Part shown: piece by piece, positions 37,466 through 47,718 of the stretch
Layout of the letters: each line of letters starts with the position of its first letter
Position numbering within the stretch: the first letter of the stretch is position 1
DNA from: an uncultured Alphaproteobacteria bacterium
Lineage (GTDB): Bacteria > Electryoneota > RPQS01
Assembly (NCBI GenBank): GCA_964406405.1
Contig: CAYORN010000004.1
Span: 1-64,000 of the forward strand
Length of the DNA: 64,000 nucleotides
Reading direction: 5' to 3'
Made by a program: the position numbers and the translations under genes
Notes under the pieces: model-generated
Database searches by the model: none
Told to the model about the DNA's origin: nothing
The model's input: only the letters and a program-made list of their open reading frames with translations

Positions 37466-39052
37466 TTATTTCATCAACACCATGCGGTTCGTGAATGACT
37501 GGCCAGCAACGGTCACGCGATACAGGTAGATTCCTGACGGCATGCTGGCCGCGTTCCAATTCACCTTGTACGTTCCGGCAGCTTGGTAGCCGTTCACCAG
37601 CGCCGCCACTTCGCGGCCCACGATGTCAAACACTTTCAGTGTGACGTCGCCGCTCGTCGGCAGACCATAGGCGATGGTCGTCGTCGGATTGAACGGATTC
37701 GGATAGTTGTCCGCCGTCAGATAACTTGCCGGCAAACCAACATTGACCGGATCGGTCGTGGACAACCCTTCCGGTGAGAAGCCAGTCGTATCACCCGGAT
37801 CCCGCCACGGCAGGCCGTTGATTTCATAGACAACCACCACGCCGAGATCCATATTTTCGCAATCCATCAGTCCGCCGACGATGGTAATCTCATCGCCGTC
37901 GGCCGGACGGCTCGCGCCGCCCTCGCCATCGGGATCATACCACGGGGGACCGAAGCTCAACGCATAATCGGCCTCGGCGTCGGCGTTCGTGTCAATAAAG
38001 TAGCGGTGCATGTTACCATGGAAGCCTTCGCCGGTCTGCACAATTGCCGTGCCTTCGAGGTCAATCGAGACGATGCTGTCCGGGTCGCAGCCGTTGCCGT
38101 GCCAGCCGCCGTTGCCGCCGTGGCCGTTGCGCGGCTCGCGCCAGAACAGGCCGTTAATCTCATAGACTACGATCATCGGTGGATGGCCAAAGCTCAGGAG
38201 ACCACCCGACACCGTGATTTCGTCGCCGTTCTGCGGACGTTCTGCGCCCTGACCCTCGCCATCCGGATCGTACCCGGCCGGGCCGAACGCGAGACGATAA
38301 TCCGCTTCGCCGTCCGCATCCACATCAAGGAGGTAGCGTGCTTGATGATGCATGCTGTCCGCGGGAATGACAATCGCTACACCCGTGCGCTCAACCACAG
38401 TCAGCGAATCGCCATGATGCCCGCCATGCCCACCGTGCCCACCGTGGTTGCCACGGTTCTCGAGTACCAGCGTGACGTTGGTTGTTTGGTTCGCGGCGAC
38501 TTCAATTAATGCGCTGGCAAAACCTTCGCCAAACAGCATTGCCGTTACCGAATACGAACCGGCCGGAACCGTATCGAAACTGAAAGCGCCTTGCTCGTCG
38601 GCATTCAATGTCGCATGGAAGCCGGGATGATGCCAAATCAACTGATCCAGCATGACCGTCGCGTTTGCCGCTGGCTCACCATCTTCTGTCGTCACCGTAC
38701 CGGCCACTGAGCCAGCCTCTTCAACGGAGGGTCCAAGCACCAGCACCAACGGCACCGTCTCATTCGCAATGACAAAGACAAACCCCTGGCCATCGAAATA
38801 TCCTTCGAGGCTGGCACTGGCCATGTATCCGCCCCAAGGAATCTCGTTGAATTCAAAATGCCCTTCGGCATCGGACTCGGCAGTAAATGAATCGCCGCCG
38901 TGCATATAGGAGCGAATTGCAATCTGTGCCCCGGCCGCCCCGGTCTGGCCATCGTGATAGAAAACCGTACCCGAGATGCTGCCCGTCTGCGCGAACGCCG
39001 CCAGCGACAGGGCTAAAATACTGAGGAGGAGGGGAAGAAAACGCTTGCTCAT
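37466..39052 (-). CDS. secreted protein with CarboxypepD_reg-like domains and T9SS C-terminal sorting domain; His/Gly-rich linker
   Basis: GSISGTVFYHDGQ...AESDAEGHFEF; C-terminus ..NYPNPFNPTTTIAYGLPTSGDVTLKVFDIVGREV..GIYLYRVTVAGQSFTNRMVLMK. Confidence 0.7.
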   Translation of the reverse strand: MSKRFLPLLLSILALSLAAFAQTGSISGTVFYHDGQTGAAGAQIAIRSYMHGGDSFTAESDAEGHFEFNEIPWGGYMASASLEGYFDGQGFVFVIANETVPLVLVLGPSVEEAGSVAGTVTTEDGEPAANATVMLDQLIWHHPGFHATLNADEQGAFSFDTVPAGSYSVTAMLFGEGFASALIEVAANQTTNVTLVLENRGNHGGHGGHGGHHGDSLTVVERTGVAIVIPADSMHHQARYLLDVDADGEADYRLAFGPAGYDPDGEGQGAERPQNGDEITVSGGLLSFGHPPMIVVYEINGLFWREPRNGHGGNGGWHGNGCDPDSIVSIDLEGTAIVQTGEGFHGNMHRYFIDTNADAEADYALSFGPPWYDPDGEGGASRPADGDEITIVGGLMDCENMDLGVVVVYEINGLPWRDPGDTTGFSPEGLSTTDPVNVGLPASYLTADNYPNPFNPTTTIAYGLPTSGDVTLKVFDIVGREVAALVNGYQAAGTYKVNWNAASMPSGIYLYRVTVAGQSFTNRMVLMK

Positions 39053-39209
39053 GCCTGTACCTCTGTGAAGTGAAACTACGGATGTGACAAGATAATCTTA
39101 GGCAATCCCTGTTCCACTCTATTAAGTTTTTGTAATACATACATTTGCGAGTGTCGTCTACTATGGAAGAGTTACCCCCATGCCCACATCTGCGCACGGG
39201 GTGCGCAAC

Positions 39210-39980
39210 TCACCAGCGAACCGATAGCCCAACTCCCAATTCCTGTCCCAAAACCGGGCGAATCGTGATGTCCTGCTCCGGATTGCGGTAGAGAATCAGG
39301 TCCGTCTGCGCCGCCACGTACACGAGTCCCATCAAGGCTCCGGCTCCCCATGAGAGCTGGTAGTGCTGATCATAGGTGTCGTACGCGTCACGGATCCGGA
39401 CGGGGTCGCTCTCCGCGAGATAGTCTGCGTGTGCATCGCGCGCCTGCTGCAGCTCATAAATGAACGCCGCAACCGAGGCGGCCTGGGCCAATAAGAAGAT
39501 GCTGCCGCGAATCGGATGCCCTTCGCGCCACTGCCCGCTGCCGGGAACGATCAAGTTGGAAATCAATGCGCGCCTGGATGGTCCGCTCTCGCGCAGCATT
39601 GGTTCTGATTTCCTCTGAGGATTGGCGACTTGATGAGCGGCCTTGACTTCATCGAACACCACGCGGAACTTCGGACTCACCTGCACCGGATCGAGCGCGA
39701 GGTTTGGCTCCGCATCCAACGCGCGGCGGAAATATTCTTTGGCTTCCTGCTCGCGCCCCTGCATGATCAACGCGTACCCCGTCGTCGTATTCACGCGCGA
39801 GCGCTCCCGCGGCGTCAGTTCAGCGGGGCTTTGCAGCAGGCGCAGCGTGAGCAGCTCCACCTCTTGATACTGTCCCTTGACGAACGCGGAGTCAATCGCC
39901 AGCAACTGACCTTGCGTTGTCTGCGCCATTCCACTCATCGTCATGCAAATGAAAAACCCAAGCGCGAGCAAGAGTCTCAC
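39210..39980 (-). CDS. hypothetical secreted protein (TPR-like N-terminus, DUF5683-like C-terminus), co-transcribed with the Ser/Thr kinase
   Basis: signal peptide; 4-nt overlap with the kinase stop. Confidence 0.4.
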   Translation of the reverse strand: MRLLLALGFFICMTMSGMAQTTQGQLLAIDSAFVKGQYQEVELLTLRLLQSPAELTPRERSRVNTTTGYALIMQGREQEAKEYFRRALDAEPNLALDPVQVSPKFRVVFDEVKAAHQVANPQRKSEPMLRESGPSRRALISNLIVPGSGQWREGHPIRGSIFLLAQAASVAAFIYELQQARDAHADYLAESDPVRIRDAYDTYDQHYQLSWGAGALMGLVYVAAQTDLILYRNPEQDITIRPVLGQELGVGLSVRW

Positions 39981-41578
39981 GGGCGTCCTCCCAGATCCAT
40001 GGCAATATCAAACGTGCCCTTATTCAAATTAACCTCCAGATCGAGAGCTTGCCCGGCGGCGGTATTCACACTGCGCTGCACTGAAGCCAGATTGGGATGC
40101 GTGACCCGCAGATCGTGTAGTCCCGGCGTGATATAGAGCGGCTGCGGCAGCGGCGTCGTGCCGACGTGCTCGCCGTCCACGTACAATTCGCCCCACGGCT
40201 CCACCCGCGCGCGCACCGTCGTCACGTAATCGTTCAAGTGAATACTCAGTTGTGTGTTCTTATTCAACGACACCGGCAACTCCACCGGCGGAAACGCCGG
40301 ATTGCGCAGCGTCAATGATTGCTCTCCCGAGGGCAATCGTAAGGACGATGCGAGCGGCGTCGTTCCGAGCAATTGGTTATGCAGATACACATGCGCCCAC
40401 GGCTCTGTGGTCAACAGCAGATCCACGCTGTCCGGAAGTGCCGCCGTTGAATCCGATACGCCGTTCGTGCGCACTCCTGCGAGTTTCTCTTCCGCTTTGC
40501 TGGGCTTCGCAATTTCTGTTTTGCGTGTTGCCGTATCCTGCGCGGACGGACTGCGAAACTCGGGAACATTATTCTCCATGAGCGCACTGCCGTGCGCGGC
40601 TACCGTATCGGATCTCCCTCCGTTTGCGGGGGGATTGAGAAAGGTCTTGTTCTCGTCGTGCTTCCCCGCGTCAAGAATCAACTTGATGCCGATGACCAGC
40701 ACAACCGCCGCCAGCAGCGCAAACCGAATGGTGCGGCCGCGCGAGTGCGCTGGCATCCGATAGTGTCTGACGCGCTCGCCCTTCAACTGCGCAAGCGCCG
40801 CGTCGGCGCCCGCCGGGCGTTCGCTCGCATCCTTCTCTAATAAGGACTCCAGCAGCGCGCGCCCATGCGGCGGGAGATTGGCAATTGCCGCCGGGGCAAA
40901 CGACACGTCGCTCTCGCGGATTCTGCGCAGCGTATCGAGCATCGTCTCGCCGATCTGCGGATTGCCTCCCGTCGCTGCTTCATACAGGATCACGCCCACC
41001 GCAAACAGATCCGATTGTTCCGTCGGCTGCGCACCGGACGCTTGTTCGGGTGCCATATACGCCGGCGTGCCGACAATCGCCTCGTGATGCGTGAGCCGCG
41101 GTTGATCGCGCAGCGCGGCCAGGCTGAAATCGGTAATCTTGTACGTCCCGCGCGCGGAGACCAAAATATTTTCCGGCTTCAGGTCGCGGTGTAATATCCC
41201 CACGCTGTGCAGCGCGGCGAGGCCAGAGAGCAGCTCCTTGGCCAATTGCACAAAGTCCTCGCCCGCGAACCGCTTGCCCTCCGTGATCTGCCGCGCGAGC
41301 GTACTGCCCTCGATCCATTCGAGCAGCATGTACATCCCTTCCTGCGGATCCTCGCCGTACTCGTAAATCCGCACGAGGTTGGGATGATCGAGCCGCGCCA
41401 CAGCCTTGGCCTCGCGTTCGAAGCGCGCGCGAATCTCCGCGTCCTGCGCCAGCGCCGGATTCAGCACCTTGACAAACACGGCGCGCTCGAGCACGGCATC
41501 CCGCGCCCGATAGCACAGCGTCAAATCCCCGCGCTGGAGGAGTTCTCGATTAGTGAGGCGTTCGGAAAGAGATTTCAA
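39977..41578 (-). CDS. serine/threonine protein kinase with C-terminal PEGA domains
   Basis: ..HRDLKPENILV...DFSLAAL...GTPAYMAPEQ; TM segment; two WxxVYxxGxxxGTTPL PEGA modules. Confidence 0.85.
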   Translation of the reverse strand: MKSLSERLTNRELLQRGDLTLCYRARDAVLERAVFVKVLNPALAQDAEIRARFEREAKAVARLDHPNLVRIYEYGEDPQEGMYMLLEWIEGSTLARQITEGKRFAGEDFVQLAKELLSGLAALHSVGILHRDLKPENILVSARGTYKITDFSLAALRDQPRLTHHEAIVGTPAYMAPEQASGAQPTEQSDLFAVGVILYEAATGGNPQIGETMLDTLRRIRESDVSFAPAAIANLPPHGRALLESLLEKDASERPAGADAALAQLKGERVRHYRMPAHSRGRTIRFALLAAVVLVIGIKLILDAGKHDENKTFLNPPANGGRSDTVAAHGSALMENNVPEFRSPSAQDTATRKTEIAKPSKAEEKLAGVRTNGVSDSTAALPDSVDLLLTTEPWAHVYLHNQLLGTTPLASSLRLPSGEQSLTLRNPAFPPVELPVSLNKNTQLSIHLNDYVTTVRARVEPWGELYVDGEHVGTTPLPQPLYITPGLHDLRVTHPNLASVQRSVNTAAGQALDLEVNLNKGTFDIAMDLGGRP

Positions 41579-41644
41579 TAGAAATAGTGAGAATCAAAAG
41601 TGTATCGTAGCGCCCAGTTTGCTGGGCAGAGAGACAATTGTCAG

Positions 41645-43093
41645 CTATTTGCCAACGAGATTTTGAAAGTCAACGTCACCCAAGAACGCAGCAAACACGC
41701 GAGCGCCTTTGGCACGACCAGCTATGTCATGACTAATCTTGACTGCGCGCGCCAACCACGAGAGAGCAGCACTTTTGTTCCCAAGTCTGGCATAGACAGT
41801 TGCAAGATTGTACATTGCGTTGTAATAATCAGGCTTGATCTGTATAGCGCGAACATAAGTGGCTATTGCTTCCTCATACCGACCCAATGCGATCAAGCTC
41901 AGACCCTTATTGTTCATAGCTTCATACTTGTCAGGCTTGACGCAGAGTGCCGCATCGTAGGCCGTGATGGCTTCTTGGTGACGCCCTAATTGGTCAAGAC
42001 TATTGCCTTTGCCATACAGAGCTTCGTCTGAGTCAGGCGAGGTTCGTAGCGCTTCCTCATAGGCGTCAAGAGCTTCAACGAAGCGCCCAAGTCTCTCAAG
42101 GCAACTGGCCTTATTAATGAGACTGGCCACATCATCAGGTTTGATCTCTAGCGCTGCAGCGAGAGAGGGCATTGCTTCCTCATAACGTCCCAAGACCATC
42201 AGACTGTTGCTTCTGCAGATCAATATCTCGTAATCATGGGGCCTAATCCTGAGCATAAGATTGTAGACTGCAAGAGCTCGCTCATGCAAGTCCAATGCGA
42301 CCAGGCATTTTGCTTTGTTGTAGAGAACGTGAAAGTCTATTTTGATTCTTAGTGCGGCATCATATACATCAAGGGCCTCCTTATGACGCCCGAGCGCATC
42401 CAGGCTAACACCCTTGTTGCTAAGCGTCCAACTCCAATCCGGTTTGATCCTCAACGCAGCATCATACGCTAAGATCGCCTCCTCGTGAAGGTCAAGAGCA
42501 GACAGCATGCATCCCTTGTTGCTAAAGGCCTCCGCGAGGTCAGGCTGAGTCTTCAGGGCGGAGTCAAATGCAGCAATTGCGCTGATGTGTGAACCTAATT
42601 GACCGAACACGACTCCACGAAAGAACCATACTTCAGTCTTGATGCTGTCGGGCAGAATTCTCGTATTGATGGCAAGAAGTTTCGCGATTGCCGAATTCAA
42701 CTCGCCGGAAGAGATATATGCACGCGCGCTGTCGAGTGTGTTGCTTGATCTCGACAAAATGCGTGACTGTAACAACCTGTATTGGGGTGACTTCTCCTTT
42801 AGCTCATCTGGAGTTGACTCAAAGATCAGCTGATTTAGACATTCCTGAGTCACACAAAGGTCGCTGATGATGGAGTCTTGCCTAAATCTCTCGTTAGCTG
42901 CAAAAGTGCTGTCAGCTAGACGCTTTCTTTTGCCTCTGTAGTCAGATATCATGTCAAACGTTGAACCGAAAAGCGTTAACAATGCTACAAGGAGAACTGT
43001 GAATCCCTTCGCCCTTCGCTTTTCACGTAGCTCGGCAACTGCGACCCAAAAGGCAAGCGCAGAAGCTATCAACAGAATGACTTTTGCATCCAT
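41645..43093 (-). CDS. tetratricopeptide-repeat (TPR) protein with N-terminal membrane anchor
   Basis: at least 10 tandem 34-aa TPR units (..A...Y..AL...P......N.G..L). Confidence 0.8.
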   Translation of the reverse strand: MDAKVILLIASALAFWVAVAELREKRRAKGFTVLLVALLTLFGSTFDMISDYRGKRKRLADSTFAANERFRQDSIISDLCVTQECLNQLIFESTPDELKEKSPQYRLLQSRILSRSSNTLDSARAYISSGELNSAIAKLLAINTRILPDSIKTEVWFFRGVVFGQLGSHISAIAAFDSALKTQPDLAEAFSNKGCMLSALDLHEEAILAYDAALRIKPDWSWTLSNKGVSLDALGRHKEALDVYDAALRIKIDFHVLYNKAKCLVALDLHERALAVYNLMLRIRPHDYEILICRSNSLMVLGRYEEAMPSLAAALEIKPDDVASLINKASCLERLGRFVEALDAYEEALRTSPDSDEALYGKGNSLDQLGRHQEAITAYDAALCVKPDKYEAMNNKGLSLIALGRYEEAIATYVRAIQIKPDYYNAMYNLATVYARLGNKSAALSWLARAVKISHDIAGRAKGARVFAAFLGDVDFQNLVGK

Positions 43094-43391
43094 GAAGTGA
43101 CTCAGGCTATCCTAATGTGCGTTTTGCCACGGCATGCGTCTAAGCATATCTCTTTCGGAAGTTCACAGATCCACCACCCTCACTGTCACGGTCAACGCGA
43201 GGCCAGTGAGGTCGTCGTCCGCCCCCCCTTTTATTCCCCCCACCGCGTGGGGGGGAAGGTTTGGGCAAAATATTGCTTGGGAACTTAATACTCGCTATTT
43301 CACGTGATCGCCAGTTAGTGCTCGTCGCATCACATCTCCCCCCATACGATGGGGGAACAGAAGGGGGGCTTCCATGCACGACCGCGCAGGC

Positions 43392-44579
43392 TCAGGTCGC
43401 CTGAATCAGCCCGCGTTCCAGCCGGGTAATGGCCTGGCCGCCGTTTCCAGTGACCAGAAACGTGTCTTCCACACCAACGGCTCCTTCGGGGAAGACCATC
43501 TTCGGCTCAATCGCGAGCACCATGTTGGTTTCGAGCGGCTGTGTGAACGACTTTGTCAATACCGGCCACTCGTCCAATTCGAGGCCGATGCCGTGTCCGA
43601 TGAATCTCGCCTTGAGCGCGCCGCGATTCATGAACTCCTCGCGATACCCGGCTTCGTCCGCACGCGCAAGCGCAAATTCATAGACGTCTCGAGGTATCGC
43701 TCCGGGCACGAGCCGCGTGCCGATCTCTTCGATCAACTTACAGCAGAACTCGTGTGCGCGTTCGAGCTTGTCGCTCAGCCGGCCAATCACAAACGTCCGT
43801 GTGATGTCCGCGTGATAGCCATTCCATACCGCGCCGGAGTCAATCAGAATCGGCTGATTCCGCTCCAGCGGTTTCACCCCGGCGCCAAACGGCGCGGCGG
43901 GATTAACGCCCATCTCGCCGATGGGCCCGTCGAAGAGACCGACGGCATTGGCGGAGTCGCCGCACGCCACAATTCCCAGCGCTTCTGAGTCGAAGCCGCG
44001 AATGCGAAAGAAGCCCTGATGCCCGCGGTCTCGCAACAGGCGGTCAAGCTCCATTTGAACGACATTCTCCGGAACGCCGACCTTCAAGATGTGGACAGCA
44101 TCGGCAAAAACGCTGCCGACGATTTGCGCGGCGGCTTCGATGTAACGAATTTCGGTGGAAGACTTGATCGCGCGCTGCCAGCGGACGGTTGCGGAGATGT
44201 CCGCAAACGACGCTTCCGGCCAGAGCTGCGAAAACTGCTTCCACAGCGCGACCGGAATCACGTCCTCTTCCATGCCAACGCGCTTCCACGAGCGAAACTC
44301 AGAGTCGCCGATCGTGCGCAGCGCCTGGCCGGCACTCGCGTATTCCCGAACCTCCGCCGGACACTCACTGCCGATGCGGCTGGCCGCGCGCCATGCGTAA
44401 ACGACCGGTTGACCGGTCACAGGGACAAGCAGAGCGCCCTGAAACGCGGCCCCGGTGTAATAAAGCAAATCCGCCCGCTGCAAGATGACCGCCCCGTGCA
44501 GCTCCTGTTCCGACAACCGCGCCTGCAGGGTCGCAACTCTTGCTTTCAATTCAACCGCGTCAAACAATCTATCTGTCAT
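43392..44579 (-). CDS. M24-family Xaa-Pro aminopeptidase/creatinase-like peptidase
   Basis: pita-bread fold motifs ..DSGAVWNGYHADITRT...GHGIGLELDEWP... Confidence 0.8.
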   Translation of the reverse strand: MTDRLFDAVELKARVATLQARLSEQELHGAVILQRADLLYYTGAAFQGALLVPVTGQPVVYAWRAASRIGSECPAEVREYASAGQALRTIGDSEFRSWKRVGMEEDVIPVALWKQFSQLWPEASFADISATVRWQRAIKSSTEIRYIEAAAQIVGSVFADAVHILKVGVPENVVQMELDRLLRDRGHQGFFRIRGFDSEALGIVACGDSANAVGLFDGPIGEMGVNPAAPFGAGVKPLERNQPILIDSGAVWNGYHADITRTFVIGRLSDKLERAHEFCCKLIEEIGTRLVPGAIPRDVYEFALARADEAGYREEFMNRGALKARFIGHGIGLELDEWPVLTKSFTQPLETNMVLAIEPKMVFPEGAVGVEDTFLVTGNGGQAITRLERGLIQAT

Positions 44580-44604
44580 TTCAGTTCGTCGGCTTGTCGG
44601 TTTG

Positions 44605-46044
44605 TCAGTTTGTTCCCCCGTGGTCTTCCCATTCCTTCAACTTATAATGCAGATAGCGGCGCGAGATTCCCAGCATCTCCGCGGCTTTGCTCTTGTTTCC
44701 GCCGCAGATCGAGAGCACGCGCAGAATGTGCTGCTGCTCCGCGCTCTTCCAACTGAAGTCATCCGCCTGCGCATCGGAATTCATGTCCATCATCATGATG
44801 TCATCGGGTTCGATCCGGTCGCCGCGCGCCACGACCAGCGCGCGCGCAATGGTGTTTTCCAACTCACGCACATTCCCCGGCCATTGATAGCTTGACAGCC
44901 GCCGCAACGCTTCCGGCGAGAGTCCGATCGAGCGCTTGTTGCTGTATTTCTCGAGAAAGTGCCGCGCCAGAAACGGCACATCCGCCAGCCGCTCGCGCAA
45001 CGGCGGCGTGGTGACCGGCAGAACGTATAGGCGATAGAAGAGATCCTCGCGGAAGCGCTTCTCGTTTACTTCACGCTTCAAATCCCTGTTCGTCGCCGCG
45101 ATGATCCGCACGTCTGCTTTCTGGAGCTTTGCATCTCCCACCGCGCGGTACTCGCCCTCCTGCAGAAAACGCAGAAGCTTCGTCTGCATATCCGCCGGAA
45201 TGTCGGCGACTTCATCCAGGAAGAGGGTTCCGCTCGCCGCCGCCTGCACAAGCCCCTGCTTATCCGCAGCAGCGCCGGTAAACGCACCTTTCTTGTGCCC
45301 GAAGAGTTCGCTTTCAAACAACTGCGGCGCAACGTTTCCGCAATACAGCGCGACAAACGGCTGCTCGCGCCGCGCGCTCTGCTGATGAATCTCCCGCGCG
45401 ACCAGTTCCTTGCCGGTTCCCGATTCGCCTAACACCAGCACCGGCAGCGGCGACGTGGCCACGCGCTCAATCAGCGAGCACAGCTCTTGAATCGCCGGTG
45501 ACGAACCGACCAGCGTACTGGCAGTGGCTCCGCTGGCCGAGCGTCGCGCTTGCTCATATCGGCGCGCATTTTCGATTGCCAGCGTAGAAAAAGCCGCCAG
45601 CGTGGCCAGTGGCCCCAAATTCGGTTTGGAAAATTGCGTGCGGTCGCTGCGGCTGTCGAGATAGATCGCGCCGATGATCCGTTCATCGAACACCAACGGC
45701 AGAATCACCGCCGCCTGAATCCGCTGCAAAATAATCGAAGACTTGCCCGAAAAGCGCGGATCGCTGACTGCATCTTCCGCGAGCAGCGGCTCGCGCTTCG
45801 CAAACGCTTCATCCAGAAGGGACGACGAGAGCTGCTCCAGCCCGCGTGGTTCACCCGCGTGACGTTCCGCCGCCACGCGGAGTTTTCCCTGTTCGTCCCG
45901 GAGCAGCACCAATCCGGTTTCCGCGCGCACCAAAGTTGCGGCCGTCGAGAGCACAGCGTTCAGCACTTCCGTCAACGGCCGCAACTCGAGCAGCTTCTGC
46001 CCGACGGCGAGCACCTGATCTGTTGTGAGATGCGCCGCGCTCAC
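44605..46044 (-). CDS. sigma-54-dependent Fis-family transcriptional activator (GAF - AAA+ sigma-54 interaction - HTH)
   Basis: GESGTGKELVAREIH (Walker A), GAFTGA loop, C-terminal HTH AAEMLGISRRYLHYKLKE. Confidence 0.9.
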   Translation of the reverse strand: MSAAHLTTDQVLAVGQKLLELRPLTEVLNAVLSTAATLVRAETGLVLLRDEQGKLRVAAERHAGEPRGLEQLSSSLLDEAFAKREPLLAEDAVSDPRFSGKSSIILQRIQAAVILPLVFDERIIGAIYLDSRSDRTQFSKPNLGPLATLAAFSTLAIENARRYEQARRSASGATASTLVGSSPAIQELCSLIERVATSPLPVLVLGESGTGKELVAREIHQQSARREQPFVALYCGNVAPQLFESELFGHKKGAFTGAAADKQGLVQAAASGTLFLDEVADIPADMQTKLLRFLQEGEYRAVGDAKLQKADVRIIAATNRDLKREVNEKRFREDLFYRLYVLPVTTPPLRERLADVPFLARHFLEKYSNKRSIGLSPEALRRLSSYQWPGNVRELENTIARALVVARGDRIEPDDIMMMDMNSDAQADDFSWKSAEQQHILRVLSICGGNKSKAAEMLGISRRYLHYKLKEWEDHGGTN

Positions 46045-46859
46045 TGAGGCACCCCGGCCATCACGCTGAACAGGCCTTCCTTCGAGCGTGAAGAATTGTC
46101 GAACAAGTCAATGACCGTAATCGTCCACTGATAGTTGCCGTTGTGTAAAGAGTCCGGGACCTGTGCATCGTGCACGCTGTCCGGCAAGACGGCCGAGGTC
46201 CAAAGCGTCGTATCGGGCAGCGGTTCGCCGCGCAAATAGATCAACGATGCGCGATACGTAAAATCATACAAACCGGGAAACGCTTGCCATTGCAGCGTTA
46301 CCCATGGGCCCACAACGTCGTTGGAATCCGGTTCGCTGACGGACGGGATGCTCTCGATCACGCGAAAGAGATAAGCCGGGCCAACGACATATATGCTGTC
46401 GTGCAAGTCCCTTGCATCAAACATGAAAGGATTGCCGACGGCGGACAATCCGTGGGCATCACCAAAGTAAGATCCGGAGAAGCGCCCGATCCAGGCGAGA
46501 TTACTCACACGGTTGGCGCCGATACTCGGACGTCCGTCGTATGTGATCCAGACCGAGTCCACGATGAACGTGATGTCAGGGTTAGTCAGCTCGGCGAGCA
46601 CTTGGTAGAGATCCGTCGGGGGGAAAAGACTCGCTACGTGCTCGGACCAAACCCGAGCCGCAAACTCCGGCACGTAAGGCTCCACCGGCGGCGCAACATA
46701 GCGGTCCGACTTGGGATCGAGTGGGTTGTCATGCGGAGCCGAACAGCCCCACACGTAGAGGAACAGAGAAAAAACGAGAATTGACTTGACGGGCATGGGC
46801 GGGTACTTCAGAAAGATATTGCAAACATAAATTATACCGAGAATTCGCCGCAAATTCAA
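46041..46859 (-). CDS. hypothetical lipoprotein, first gene of the operon with the sigma-54 activator
   Basis: lipobox VWGCSA; 4-nt overlap with the downstream regulator gene. Confidence 0.45.
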   Translation of the reverse strand: MNLRRILGIIYVCNIFLKYPPMPVKSILVFSLFLYVWGCSAPHDNPLDPKSDRYVAPPVEPYVPEFAARVWSEHVASLFPPTDLYQVLAELTNPDITFIVDSVWITYDGRPSIGANRVSNLAWIGRFSGSYFGDAHGLSAVGNPFMFDARDLHDSIYVVGPAYLFRVIESIPSVSEPDSNDVVGPWVTLQWQAFPGLYDFTYRASLIYLRGEPLPDTTLWTSAVLPDSVHDAQVPDSLHNGNYQWTITVIDLFDNSSRSKEGLFSVMAGVPQ

Positions 46860-47037
46860 GAAGTTCTTTGAGATGGCAGAAGAGGCACGGCCCGTTCCCT
46901 ATTGGAGAGTCCGGGTACTTGTTATTAAATAATTAATTATAATTATCTTAACTTGGCTCGACCGTCGCGTTTTTGTTTTGACTCCGGAAGGCTCCCTTGA
47001 ACACCACATCAAAATACTGTATATTAAAAGATTCCAT

Positions 47038-47718
47038 ATGCCATTTCAAGCTTGGCAGCAGGCGCTTTGGGCGCTATACGAGCATCACATCTTCAGTCGT
47101 GCGTCCAAGCCCACGCTCTATAATATGTATCGCGACGAGGCGCGGAACTTGGACATTCAGGGTGCCGCCGATATTCGCCGCGAGAACTTGAAGAAGTACC
47201 TTTCGGCTTTTTGTCACAGGCCTGAGATGCTGATTGTCGGCGAAGCGCCGGGGCCATGGGGGTGCCGTTTCACGGGCGTGCCGTACACGAGTGAGCGGCT
47301 TTACGAGCGTAACAGCCTGCCGTTTCGCGGGCGCAAGACAAGTTTGCGCGAGGAGCCTTATGCCGAAAGCACCGCGACCATCTTCTGGAAGGTGATGACG
47401 CCGCACTTCCCGCGCTTCTTGATCTGGAACACGGTGCCCTTTCATCCGCACCGCGCCGGTGAACCGCTCTCGATTCGCACGCCGTCGGTCACGGAAGTCC
47501 GCGCGCATTTGGAGATCATGGAAGAAGCGCTGCGTCTCATTCAGTCGCATCAGATCCTCGCGATCGGCCGCATCGCGCAAGGCGCCTTGAGTAAATTGAA
47601 TTACGACTTCATTCCGATCCGTCACCCGTCGCATGGTGGAGCGACAGAGTTCAGAAACGGAATAGAGCACATGCTAAGTTTGACGAACGGAACCACGACG
47701 TGCATCCCATCCTCATAG
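47038..47718 (+). CDS. uracil-DNA glycosylase superfamily protein (family 4/5-like)
   Basis: LIVGEAPGPWG motif and C-terminal HPSHGG motif typical of the UDG superfamily. Confidence 0.55.
   Translation: MPFQAWQQALWALYEHHIFSRASKPTLYNMYRDEARNLDIQGAADIRRENLKKYLSAFCHRPEMLIVGEAPGPWGCRFTGVPYTSERLYERNSLPFRGRKTSLREEPYAESTATIFWKVMTPHFPRFLIWNTVPFHPHRAGEPLSIRTPSVTEVRAHLEIMEEALRLIQSHQILAIGRIAQGALSKLNYDFIPIRHPSHGGATEFRNGIEHMLSLTNGTTTCIPSS

Noticed and set aside
43230-43355. Poly-C/poly-G hairpins (CCCCCCAC-cgc-GTGGGGGG; CCCCCCAT-acg-ATGGGGG) between the M24 peptidase and the TPR gene
   Set aside because: GC-only stems without adjacent U-tract. They could be structural or G-rich elements, but there is no evidence for function; noted only.
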